Source: Tagaea sp. CACIAM 22H2 (GTDB lineage: Bacteria; Pseudomonadota; Alphaproteobacteria; CACIAM-22H2). From it: a stretch of DNA of 64,000 nt. Below the pieces are notes generated by a model that was not told the DNA's origin, did not search any database, and saw only the letters and a list, made by a program, of their open reading frames with translations. The position numbers and the translations under genes are program-made. The stretch covers positions 2,768-66,767 of the forward strand of contig PVXE01000004.1 in NCBI GenBank assembly GCA_014444615.1. The letters are read 5' to 3'. Within the stretch, counting starts at the first letter, position 1. Each line of letters opens with the position of its first letter. Positions 9,301 to 16,311 of this stretch are shown here, one piece after another.

Positions 9301-9692
9301 TTTACAAGCGTGCATTCGGCTCATCGTCACTGTGAAAGAGAAGAAGATCAAACTCATGAAACAGACCTCACTGAACGATTCGGCCTAAGAGAAGGTTGAG
9401 TTTGTCATCTCCGAGTTCTCGGTGCGATTCCTCGATCGTTGAGCGAGGCGCGCCTGAAGCGGATGAATTGGACAAATTTGTCCTGCTGCTTGTTGAGCCT
9501 AAGCGGTCGAGAAATAATCATTTTTATCAGATCATCGTCGCAGCACGACAAAAACGTCCAAATTCACTTTCTATTCTTTGGTGGTTTTCAGCCTCTAATT
9601 TCGTTTTTTATCTTTTGACCATGGAGTTTGCTCGATGTTTTCATGATTAGAGGCGCCTGCATTCCGGCGCATAATTTGAACGAGGTCCCAAA

Positions 9693-9932
9693 ATGGAATC
9701 CGATAAAGATAAATCTGAAAAGGTTCCTATCCAGATATGGGTGAAATCAGAAGACAAAGCCTATCTCATGTATTTGAAGCAGAAGCTCCGCTTTAAGCGG
9801 CTAGACGAGCTGTTTAATATCTTGCTTGATGATTTGTTTGAAAGCGAAGGCCTTGAAAGGATTTGTGGTACGAGCAAGGACGATTTGAAGAAACGAAAAG
9901 ATTTTGAATTGAATGTGAAAATAAAAGTTTGA
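9693..9932 (+). CDS. small hypothetical protein, possible ribbon-helix-helix (CopG/MobC-like) DNA-binding fold, in a strongly AT-rich patch
   Basis: 79-aa ORF with a GAGG about 6 nt upstream of the ATG. KVPIQIWVKSEDKAYLMYLKQKL..LDELFNILLDDLF fits a beta-strand then two helices (RHH-like). Codon usage/GC clearly foreign to the rest of the window. Weak call. Confidence 0.35.
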   Translation: MESDKDKSEKVPIQIWVKSEDKAYLMYLKQKLRFKRLDELFNILLDDLFESEGLERICGTSKDDLKKRKDFELNVKIKV

Positions 9933-10364
9933 ATGACTGCCCATAGCCTAATCTTGAGAGTTTTTTGGTTTTTATTTTCCAACCTAATTCTGAATAATTT
10001 TCATTGGCGCGTCGCACACTTGTCGAGATTGCTGGCTAATTGACTGATCGGTAGATTGATTGCGGTGGTCAATCCCGTTTTAGCGACAGTAAGTCGTCGG
10101 CGATAAGCGCATCGATACTGCTGTCCATCGCTATTGCGTTTCTTACTCCAGTCCTTCAGCGATGCCGAACTTGGGTTTGGTATTTGCCATTGTCGCGCAC
10201 GCATCCTCCCACCGGGAAAGCTGGCACCCATCTCGACTTCGCGATTCCATCGTGCATGGCGACGCTAAAGATCCTGCGTCGTACCTCTCGATGCCACAGC
10301 GCATGCTCGCGGATTCGCCAGAAGGCACGATCGCTCTCTTTGCCGGCGCTTCTTCGGCCGCTCT

Positions 10365-10808
10365 TCACGCCATCATAGAAGATGTAGCGGCTTCGATCTC
10401 TCGTACGAGTTCCGGGCGCTTGTCGAGCAAAGCCAGCAGGAGCGCCGCCGAATGGCGCTGGCGGAAATTGGTGTGGTCGAGCGCGTCGAAGCCGCCGGGC
10501 GTGCCCATGATCAACGCGCTCAGGCCGCGAAACGTGAGCGTCTCGTATCGCGCGGCCCGGAGCTTCTTCACGATCCGCCGCGCCGCACGCCGGAGGGCGC
10601 GGGCGTCAGCCGCTTTCATCTCCGCGAGCGCCCGGTCGGCGGCCGCGCCATCTTCGCGCCACATCAGCCCGTCATCGGCGCCTTCGGGAAACCAACCCTT
10701 CACCCTCGCGGTACGCGTCATCCCACCGTAAACGACGGTTATGTCGCGCTCGGCCCGGCGCAGCTTGACACCGGTTACCGGATGAACACGCGTGTGCGGT
10801 GTCCGCAT
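10365..10808 (-). CDS. MqsA-family antitoxin-like HTH protein (degenerate N-terminal zinc-ribbon-like domain + C-terminal XRE HTH)
   Basis: Trimmed from ORF 10365-10871 to internal MRTPHTRV start. C-terminus ...HTNFRQRHSAALLLALLDKRPELVREIE parallels E. coli MqsA ...GNAQPHPSTIKLLRVLDKHPELLNEIR. N-terminal region parallels the MqsA zinc-ribbon region but lacks the Cys ligands. No MqsR-like toxin ORF adjacent. Confidence 0.5.
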   Translation of the reverse strand: MRTPHTRVHPVTGVKLRRAERDITVVYGGMTRTARVKGWFPEGADDGLMWREDGAAADRALAEMKAADARALRRAARRIVKKLRAARYETLTFRGLSALIMGTPGGFDALDHTNFRQRHSAALLLALLDKRPELVREIEAATSSMMA

Positions 10809-10821
10809 TGCGACGCGCCTC

Positions 10822-11148
10822 TCACGCCGCTGTACGCGGTGCGGCGGCAATTCGCGAGAGATCCTTGGCAATGCGCCGCTTGGCGCGCCAAAGGTCGTGG
10901 GTTCCCTGCATGCGTAGAAACATCTCGGCCGAACCGCCGGCGACGGCGCTGAAGCGCAGCGCCATTTCCGGCGAGACCGCCCCCGCGCACGACAAGACGC
11001 GATGCAACGTCTGGCGCCTGACGCCCATCCGAGCCGCCGCGTCGGCCGTCGAGAGCTTCAAATGCTCGTGGACGATTTCATTTATCAACTCGCCTGGATG
11101 CGTCGGTTCGCGGGCGATCTCGCGGGTTTGGAATTTTGTCATCAGCAT
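10822..11148 (-). CDS. HigA-family antitoxin-like XRE-type HTH protein
   Basis: Trimmed to MLMTKF start (ORF track start at 11265 is probably an over-extension). THPGELINEIVHEHLKLSTADAAARMGVRRQTLHRVLSCAGAVSPEMALRFSAVAGGSAEMFLRMQGTHDLW matches the HigA/VapI consensus (xHPGEIL...LGxSxxxLAxxLGVxRxxxxxxxxGKRxITxxxALRLxxxFGxSxEFWLNLQxxYDL). No HigB/RelE-like ORF upstream on the minus strand (checked all frames for about 300 bp). Confidence 0.65.
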   Translation of the reverse strand: MLMTKFQTREIAREPTHPGELINEIVHEHLKLSTADAAARMGVRRQTLHRVLSCAGAVSPEMALRFSAVAGGSAEMFLRMQGTHDLWRAKRRIAKDLSRIAAAPRTAA

Positions 11149-11733
11149 AGCCTCGGCCTCAAGATTACTAGAAGCAGGATTGTGAAACGAGTCCGACACT
11201 GCGGACGGCGGGGCTCGCGCCCGCACCGGTTCTACGACGCCAATATGCATAGGCGCACTTAACATCCCGCGTCGCGGGCCGTCGAAACCCCGGTATCAGC
11301 CCCCTGCGCGGGCGTGTCGAACGGATGCGCGCGGACGCGGACGGGGTCGTCGCACCGGTAAGCCTGGCCGGCACGAAGACCCGGCACGCTCTTCCCGCTG
11401 ACGCCGGACAGGCGAAGCAGCGAAGGGCGAAACCGCACCCCGCACCGGTGCGGGAGATTTCCCAAAAGCCACCCAGCGAACCCCCTTGAGACCCAGCGGG
11501 ACCGTTGGGCGGGTGCCGCGCACCCGCACGCCATTTCCGAAAAAAAACGAGGCGGCGGCGGTTCGGGTCGGGTGGGGAAAAGGGGCGGAAGACCCGAACG
11601 GCGTCGACACGCGATTTTAAGTGCCGAGAGGTTAGCCTCCCGGGTGTTGGGTTCGGGAAACCCGTTCAGGGCGCAATAACGCATCCTGCACTTTTTTGGG
11701 GTGCACGATGCTTGCGAAAGGTCGATTTCGGCG

Positions 11734-12105
11734 ATGGCCAAACATGACCACGAACCCGACTGGGAGGAACTGAAACAGGGCTGGCTTGAGGAGGGTAACC
11801 ACGACGAATTGGGCCTGACCGGATCCGGACGCGGCGCGCGCCAATCCCCGTTCTATTTGCGTCTGTCGGTGCGTCCGGCCCGGCAGCTTGGCCAACTCGC
11901 CGACAAGCGGCCAGAGCCGCTGGACGCACCTGAGGTTCGAGTCGCCTTCTGCGCCCGACTTCCAGCCGAGACGGCGGTGGCGCAGCCGCGCCCGGCGCGC
12001 GAGTTGCGGTCTGTAGGTGCTGTAGGTGCGCGTGCGTGCATTCAATCGGCTTGCGGCCGCAGCATCTTCAGGTTCACCGGTAGCGCTGGGGCTGGCGAGG
12101 CATAA
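11734..12105 (+). CDS. hypothetical protein (123 aa), very uncertain
   Basis: Internal start MAKHDHEPDWEELKQGWLEEGNHDELGLTGSG...; no recognisable motif; high-GC region where spurious ORFs are common. Contains the tandem ctgtaggtg x2. Confidence 0.2.
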   Translation: MAKHDHEPDWEELKQGWLEEGNHDELGLTGSGRGARQSPFYLRLSVRPARQLGQLADKRPEPLDAPEVRVAFCARLPAETAVAQPRPARELRSVGAVGARACIQSACGRSIFRFTGSAGAGEA

Positions 12106-12192
12106 GGCCAGGGCGCTCGCCCGGGAAGGCGCGGAAGCGGTGCCCGATCGCCATCGCCTGGAATAGCCCTGGCGCGCGGCTGGGATGGCTAG

Positions 12193-12450
12193 GTGACGAT
12201 CCCAGCCCCGCAGGCGCGAAGGCGCAACGACGGCGTCGACGAGGCGGTCTGGATCGAACTCTCGGCCCGGCGGCGAATGGCCGAGTGCGCCGAGCTCGCG
12301 CGCATCTGGACGTCCGGTGCGCGCCCGGAAGCCGCGCTGTCGGTCGAGATCGGCGTGGCCGTCGGCATGGTCGCCGCCGCGCTCGACGCGCATGCCGAAA
12401 CTGCCGGAGCTCGGGTGCGGCGGGCCGCGAAAAGCCGCGAACGCGACTGA
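12193..12450 (+). CDS. hypothetical small protein (85 aa), very uncertain
   Basis: ORF MTIPAPQARRRNDGVDEAVWIELSARRRMAECAELARIW...; ends 12 bp before the direct-repeat array; no motif recognised. Confidence 0.15.
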   Translation: MTIPAPQARRRNDGVDEAVWIELSARRRMAECAELARIWTSGARPEAALSVEIGVAVGMVAAALDAHAETAGARVRRAAKSRERD

Positions 12451-12470
12451 TGCGGTAAGAAAGAGGGTTT

Positions 12471-12545
12471 GTCACCGATGTGAATCGGGTTGTCACCTTT
12501 GAATTCGCACGCAAATTCGATAGCGCGTGATTCGCGTTGTCACAG
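12471..12545. repeat. direct repeat copy A (75 bp) with three TTGTCAC motifs
   Basis: gtcaccgatgtgaatcgggttgtcacctttgaattcgcacgcaaattcgatagcgcgtgattcgcgttgtcacag; about 93 percent identical to copy B 152 bp downstream; followed 22 bp later by an inverted GTGACAAA. Confidence 0.8.
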
Positions 12546-12622
12546 GCTGGCGCCGGGTCGACCGCCGGCTGTGACAAATGCGAGGAAAGCCGCGCTTTTC
12601 GCACGCCCGAATTTCGGGTTCT

Positions 12623-12697
12623 GTCACCGATGTGAATCGGGTTGTCGTCATTGAATTCGCACGCAAATTCGATAGCGCATGAATCGCGTTGTCACAG
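12623..12697. repeat. direct repeat copy B (75 bp)
   Basis: gtcaccgatgtgaatcgggttgtcgtcattgaattcgcacgcaaattcgatagcgcatgaatcgcgttgtcacag; followed 22 bp later by GTGACAAA (12721-12728), as for copy A (12571-12578). Confidence 0.8.
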
Positions 12698-13029
12698 TGC
12701 GTTTTGATCGGGTCGCGCGGGTGACAAAGCGCGTATTTCGCGACCTCGGCGGTTTGAGCGGTGCCGGGCTCTTCTATTTTGTTAGTTTGGCGGGCTTGCC
12801 GGGCGATTTTTCGTAGTTCGCCCACATCTCAACCCGCTCGACAGTCATGAACCCAAGCTGAGACTGTGCGGTGGCGTTTTCGACATTCTGGCAATAAGCA
12901 TCACCGATGCGCCGTCCAAATTTTCGTAGTTTCATGTTTTCATAGTTTTTTCCGCCACCTGATCAGTGGTCTCGTGCACTCGACCTTGTTGTGAAGGTGC
13001 CCAAATCGCTGAACTAAAACACATTTAAA

Positions 13030-13057
13030 AGTGAAATTCCTAAAACCAGGAATTTCA
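13030..13057. promoter_or_regulatory. perfect 11-bp inverted repeat (candidate operator or recombinase/RDF binding site) in AT-rich leader upstream of the recombinase gene
   Basis: GTGAAATTCCT aaaacc AGGAATTTCAC; sits in a visibly AT-rich stretch (about 12840-13320) about 265 bp upstream of the recombinase ATG. Confidence 0.45.
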
Positions 13058-13320
13058 CGCGCAGCACGGCGATTTTAAGTCCCTCGGCTGCATGATTAAT
13101 CCATGACTAAGCGTGGAAACGAACTGCTGACTTCGCATCCTGTGGCGCTGCCGCAGGCCGAAGTTGCGGCGCGAGTCCGAAAAACCAGCAAAGATACCGC
13201 CGATCGGATCAATCCTATTGCCCAGAATCGGAAGGCCCGTCTTACCTTACACTCGTCTAATGCTCCCTCGGCTTTTGCGGCTGTGATTTTGGGCGAATTT
13301 CTGCTGAAGCGAATAAAGAG

Positions 13321-14838
13321 ATGATTAAGGCAGTCCTTTACATTCGATCTTCGAAAGATCGCGCGGATGCATCGCCTGCCGCACAGCGACGCGCTTTGCA
13401 GGAGCTTGCTCGACAGCGTCATTTCGCGATTGTTGGAGAATTTGTTGATACGGTCGTCTCCGGAAAGGATGACGACCGACCTGGCTTTCAATCTCTTCTT
13501 CGAGCGATGCGCTCCAAGGATCGAGGTTGGACCCATATTCTTGCTGTAGACACCGCGCGCATCGCTCGCCGCCGGTCGATTGCAATCATTTTTGAAGAAC
13601 AGGAGTGCAAGCGTCAGGGCGTGAGCGTCGTGTACAAGTCGTTGCCTGAAGCGGATCCCGCGATGGAGATGCTTTTAAAAAGCATCTTGCAGGCGATGGA
13701 CGAATGGCATTCGCTGACGTCCAGGGCGAAAGGCGTCGCCGGAATGGCCGAAAATGTTCGCCAAGGTTGGCGGGCGGGCGGCAGAGCGCCGAAAGGCTAC
13801 GTGCTAAAATATGTCAGCACTGGCGCCGTTCGAGATGGCGAACAAGTCATGAAGTCGGTCTTAACACCCGCCGACGATGCGCCTGCCGTCAGTCAATTCT
13901 TGAAGCACAGGTCGAGAGGCATCCGCCGCGGGCGAGCCCTTGCGCTCGCTGGATTGTCTTGGCCACCAACCACAGCAATCGAGGTTGAGCGCAACGCTCA
14001 ACTTTATGCTGGCCACACGACCTGGAATCGTACGGAAGAGCGTTTGAAGGACGGTTACGCAGGCGGCCGTAAATGGCGGCCAGAAGAAGAGTGGGTGACT
14101 AATCGGAACACTCACCCCGCACTAATTACCGATGCTGAAGCACGAGCTATCCTCGATGGATTGAACGCGCGACGCCGCAGCGGAGGCTACCCCGCCCGCC
14201 AGATCTATCTTTTCGGCGGCATGATGACTGCCCCATCGGGGGCGAGATGGTCCGGAGATAGTGGGTACTATCGGCTCGGAAAAACGTCCCGCATCTCCGC
14301 CAAAGCAGTGGAGCAAGCCGTAATGGGGCGGGTGATCGAAGACTTCAAATCCGAACGCATGGTTGATGCGATCATCAATTCGATCCGCCAGGCTTCCGTT
14401 ACCATCGATGTCGGGCAAGACACGTCGAAGATCGAGCGCAAACGTGTCGAGACAGATCGAAAGATCGCGCGACTTACCGAACTCGTCTCAGAGACGCGAA
14501 CACCTGCCCCTTTGCTTCGCCAAATTGAGACTTTGGAAGCCGAACGCGAAGTGATCCTATCGCAGATCGCGCAAGCGAAAGCCCCTAAGGGGCCATCGCT
14601 GGACCTGTCGCATCTCAGACCCAGCGATATTCGAGCAATGCTCGACGATCTTGCGACAGAGCTGACGACATCGACAGCGCCCGAAATGCGCGATCTCGTT
14701 CAGCAGGTGATTGAGAAAGTGGAGTTATGCGCCGAAAGCTTCGAGGCGACGATCCACTATCGACCGCTTCCACTCCCAGGCGAAAGCGGGGTACGGCTGG
14801 CGTCCCCACGGGGATTCGAACCCCGGTCTGCACCGTGA
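13321..14838 (+). CDS. large serine recombinase (resolvase/invertase N-domain + recombinase domain + C-terminal coiled coil)
   Basis: 505 aa; N-terminus MIKAVLYIRSSKD (catalytic Ser in Y-x-R-S-S context), ILAVDTARIARR (resolvase D-R-x-x-R motif); long C-terminal recombinase/coiled-coil region (IERKRVETDRKIARLTELVSETR..LLRQIETLEAERE). Last 41 nt overlap the tRNA-Glu gene on the opposite strand. Confidence 0.8.
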   Translation: MIKAVLYIRSSKDRADASPAAQRRALQELARQRHFAIVGEFVDTVVSGKDDDRPGFQSLLRAMRSKDRGWTHILAVDTARIARRRSIAIIFEEQECKRQGVSVVYKSLPEADPAMEMLLKSILQAMDEWHSLTSRAKGVAGMAENVRQGWRAGGRAPKGYVLKYVSTGAVRDGEQVMKSVLTPADDAPAVSQFLKHRSRGIRRGRALALAGLSWPPTTAIEVERNAQLYAGHTTWNRTEERLKDGYAGGRKWRPEEEWVTNRNTHPALITDAEARAILDGLNARRRSGGYPARQIYLFGGMMTAPSGARWSGDSGYYRLGKTSRISAKAVEQAVMGRVIEDFKSERMVDAIINSIRQASVTIDVGQDTSKIERKRVETDRKIARLTELVSETRTPAPLLRQIETLEAEREVILSQIAQAKAPKGPSLDLSHLRPSDIRAMLDDLATELTTSTAPEMRDLVQQVIEKVELCAESFEATIHYRPLPLPGESGVRLASPRGFEPRSAP

Positions 14839-14873
14839 GAGGGTGCCGTCCTGGGCCTCTAGACGATGGGGAC
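14798..14873 (-). tRNA. tRNA-Glu (anticodon CUC)
   Basis: Reverse complement GTCCCCATCGTCTAGAGGCCCAGGACGGCACCCTCTCACGGTGCAGACCGGGGTTCGAATCCCCGTGGGGACGCCA: 7-bp acceptor stem pairs perfectly, GTCTAGAGGCCCAGGAC D-arm as in bacterial tRNA-Glu, anticodon stem GCACC/GGTGC with loop CTCTCAC (anticodon CTC), T-arm CGGGG-TTCGAAT-CCCCG, encoded CCA. Confidence 0.85.
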
Positions 14874-14950
14874 AGGCCTTCGGAAGGGCTGAGCATGTAG
14901 CCCATCGGCGGGCGGGACGCAAGCCGCCGCCGGACCCCGCGATTTGCCCT

Positions 14951-15982
14951 TTAAATCGCGGCTTTGGCGGTGGCGATCAGGCGTTCGGCGTCGGCTTCCC
15001 GGCTGTTCCACGACGCGACGAGGCGCAAACGCCGCGTGCCCGGCCCGAACCAGCGATAGACGGCGAAGCCTGCTTGCTCGATCGCGGCGATGGCCGCCTC
15101 GGGCAGATCGACGAAAACCTCGTTGGCTTGCACCGGATGGGCGAGCTTCGCGCCCGGCAAGGCGGCGAGCCCGCTCGCGAGCTTCGCCGCGACCGCGTTC
15201 GACTGGCGCGCAAGGTCAAGCCACAAGCCGCCGTCGAGATAGCCCGCCATCTGTGCGGCGAGATAGCGGTGCTTGGAAAACAAATGCCCCGCGCGCTTGC
15301 GCCGGAAGGCGAGCGTGGCCGCCAGCGCGTCGTCGAACACGACGATCGCTTCGACCGCGAGGCAGCCGTTCTTCGTGCCGCCGAAGGACAGGATATCGAC
15401 GCCGGCTTTCCACGTCGCCTCGGCCGGCGTGCAATTGCTCGCGACCAGCGCGTTGGCGAAGCGCGCGCCGTCGAGATGGACCTTCAGCCCGTGCTTGCGC
15501 GCGATGGCCGACAAGGCCGCGATTTCGGCCGGCGAATAGATCGTGCCCGCCTCGGTCGCGTTGGTCAGCGACAAGGCGGCGGGCTGCACATGATGCACCC
15601 CCCCCGCCCCGGCCGCGTTCAACGCCGCGTCGAGATCGGCGGGTGCCAACTTGCCGTGTTCGCCGTCGAGCCCGACAAGCTTGGCGCCGCCCGTGTAGAA
15701 TTCCGGCGCGCCGCATTCGTCTTCCTCGATATGCGCCGCCGCGTGGCAATAGATCGAGCCCCACACCGGCGTCATCGCGGCAAGCGACAACGCGTTGGCC
15801 GCCGTGCCGGTGGATACGAGGAACACTTTCGCGGGCCGCTCGAAGATCGCGGCGATTTTCGCTTCCACGTCGCGCGACAGCGCATCGTTGCCGTAGGGCA
15901 TCGAGGGTGCCGCATTGGCGGCTTCCAGTGCCGCCATCACCTGCGGATGGACGGGGGCGGTGTTGTCGGAGGCGAAGTTCAT
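14951..15982 (-). CDS. ltaE: low-specificity L-threonine aldolase
   Basis: Trimmed from 698-aa track ORF to MNFASDNTAPVHPQVMAALEAANA... (343 aa); PLP-aldolase signature (FASDN N-terminus, KHGLKVHLDGARFANA, SFGGTKNG with the PLP lysine). Confidence 0.8.
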   Translation of the reverse strand: MNFASDNTAPVHPQVMAALEAANAAPSMPYGNDALSRDVEAKIAAIFERPAKVFLVSTGTAANALSLAAMTPVWGSIYCHAAAHIEEDECGAPEFYTGGAKLVGLDGEHGKLAPADLDAALNAAGAGGVHHVQPAALSLTNATEAGTIYSPAEIAALSAIARKHGLKVHLDGARFANALVASNCTPAEATWKAGVDILSFGGTKNGCLAVEAIVVFDDALAATLAFRRKRAGHLFSKHRYLAAQMAGYLDGGLWLDLARQSNAVAAKLASGLAALPGAKLAHPVQANEVFVDLPEAAIAAIEQAGFAVYRWFGPGTRRLRLVASWNSREADAERLIATAKAAI

Positions 15983-16311
15983 GGGCGCGCCCCCAGCAGA
16001 ATGCGGCCGGTCACGCGCCCGGCCTTCGGGTCGATCACGACCAGGAAGGGGGCGGCCGCCGGCGGGTTCACATGCACCACGACCTGATCGCCCGCCGCGA
16101 AGGCGCCCGCAATGACCGAGCCTTCGGGAGCCGAAATCGCGACATCGCCCCAGCCGAGCCCCGCAATCGGCGGGCGCGGTGCCGCGGCCGATGGCGGCGT
16201 CTCCGGCGATGAAGGCTTGCCCACACCGCCGATAACCACATAAATCAGAAAGGCGAACGCGGCGACGCACAGCACGCCGAGGAAAATCACGATCGTCTTC
16301 AAGGCGCGCAT
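15979..16311 (-). CDS. small membrane-anchored hypothetical protein, translationally coupled to ltaE
   Basis: MRALKTIVIFLGVLCVAAFAFLIYVVIGG (one TM helix) then Pro/Ala-rich linker and a small C-terminal domain; ATGA overlap with ltaE. Start uncertain: its ATG overlaps the divergent rluD start (CATG); a downstream TTG/GTG start is possible. Confidence 0.4.
   Translation of the reverse strand: MRALKTIVIFLGVLCVAAFAFLIYVVIGGVGKPSSPETPPSAAAPRPPIAGLGWGDVAISAPEGSVIAGAFAAGDQVVVHVNPPAAAPFLVVIDPKAGRVTGRILLGARP

Larger units (their letters stand above)
3640..14873. mobile_element. tRNA-Glu-associated mosaic genomic island (defence gene, IS remnant, antitoxin-like regulators, repeats, serine recombinase); left boundary uncertain
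   Basis: Run of atypical features ending at a tRNA gene: lower-GC genes and AT-rich patches (by eye), IS3 fragment, recombinase gene abutting/overlapping the tRNA, in contrast to uniformly high-GC housekeeping genes from 14.9 kb onward. No flanking direct repeat of the tRNA 3-prime end was found in-window. Confidence 0.5.

Noticed and set aside
10156-10368. 70-aa ORF directly downstream of the MqsA-like gene (possible reversed-order toxin)
   Set aside because: The W/R-rich composition is typical of spurious high-GC ORFs. It has no resemblance to MqsR or RelE-fold toxins.
11149-11450. Search for a HigB/RelE-like toxin upstream of the HigA-like gene
   Set aside because: All three minus-strand frames were translated by eye. 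Only short, Met-less or Arg-rich reading frames with early stops are present, so no toxin is called.
12074-12825. Minus-strand ORFs 12074-12604 and 12493-12825 with similar peptide segments (HALSNLRANS...TTRFTSVT)
   Set aside because: The similarity simply reflects both ORFs reading through the two copies of the 75-bp DNA repeat. The 152-bp period is not a multiple of 3, and there are no coding signals.
11617-13080. Shared 11-mer cgattttaagt at 11620 and 13066
   Set aside because: Hundreds of chance 11-mer coincidences are expected in 64 kb, so this is not significant, unlike the 75-bp repeats.
14711-16212. Long plus-strand ORFs 14711-16087 and 14944-16212, and many similar Arg/Pro/Ala-rich ORFs (20695-21900, 21747-23072, 25100-26935, 28187-30142, 30177-32498, 32675-33838, 34837-36105, 38589-40100, 40369-41208, 47774-48868 and others)
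   Set aside because: These are typical stop-codon-poor frames of high-GC DNA lying antisense or out of frame to well-supported genes. They have biased R/A/P/G composition and no motifs.
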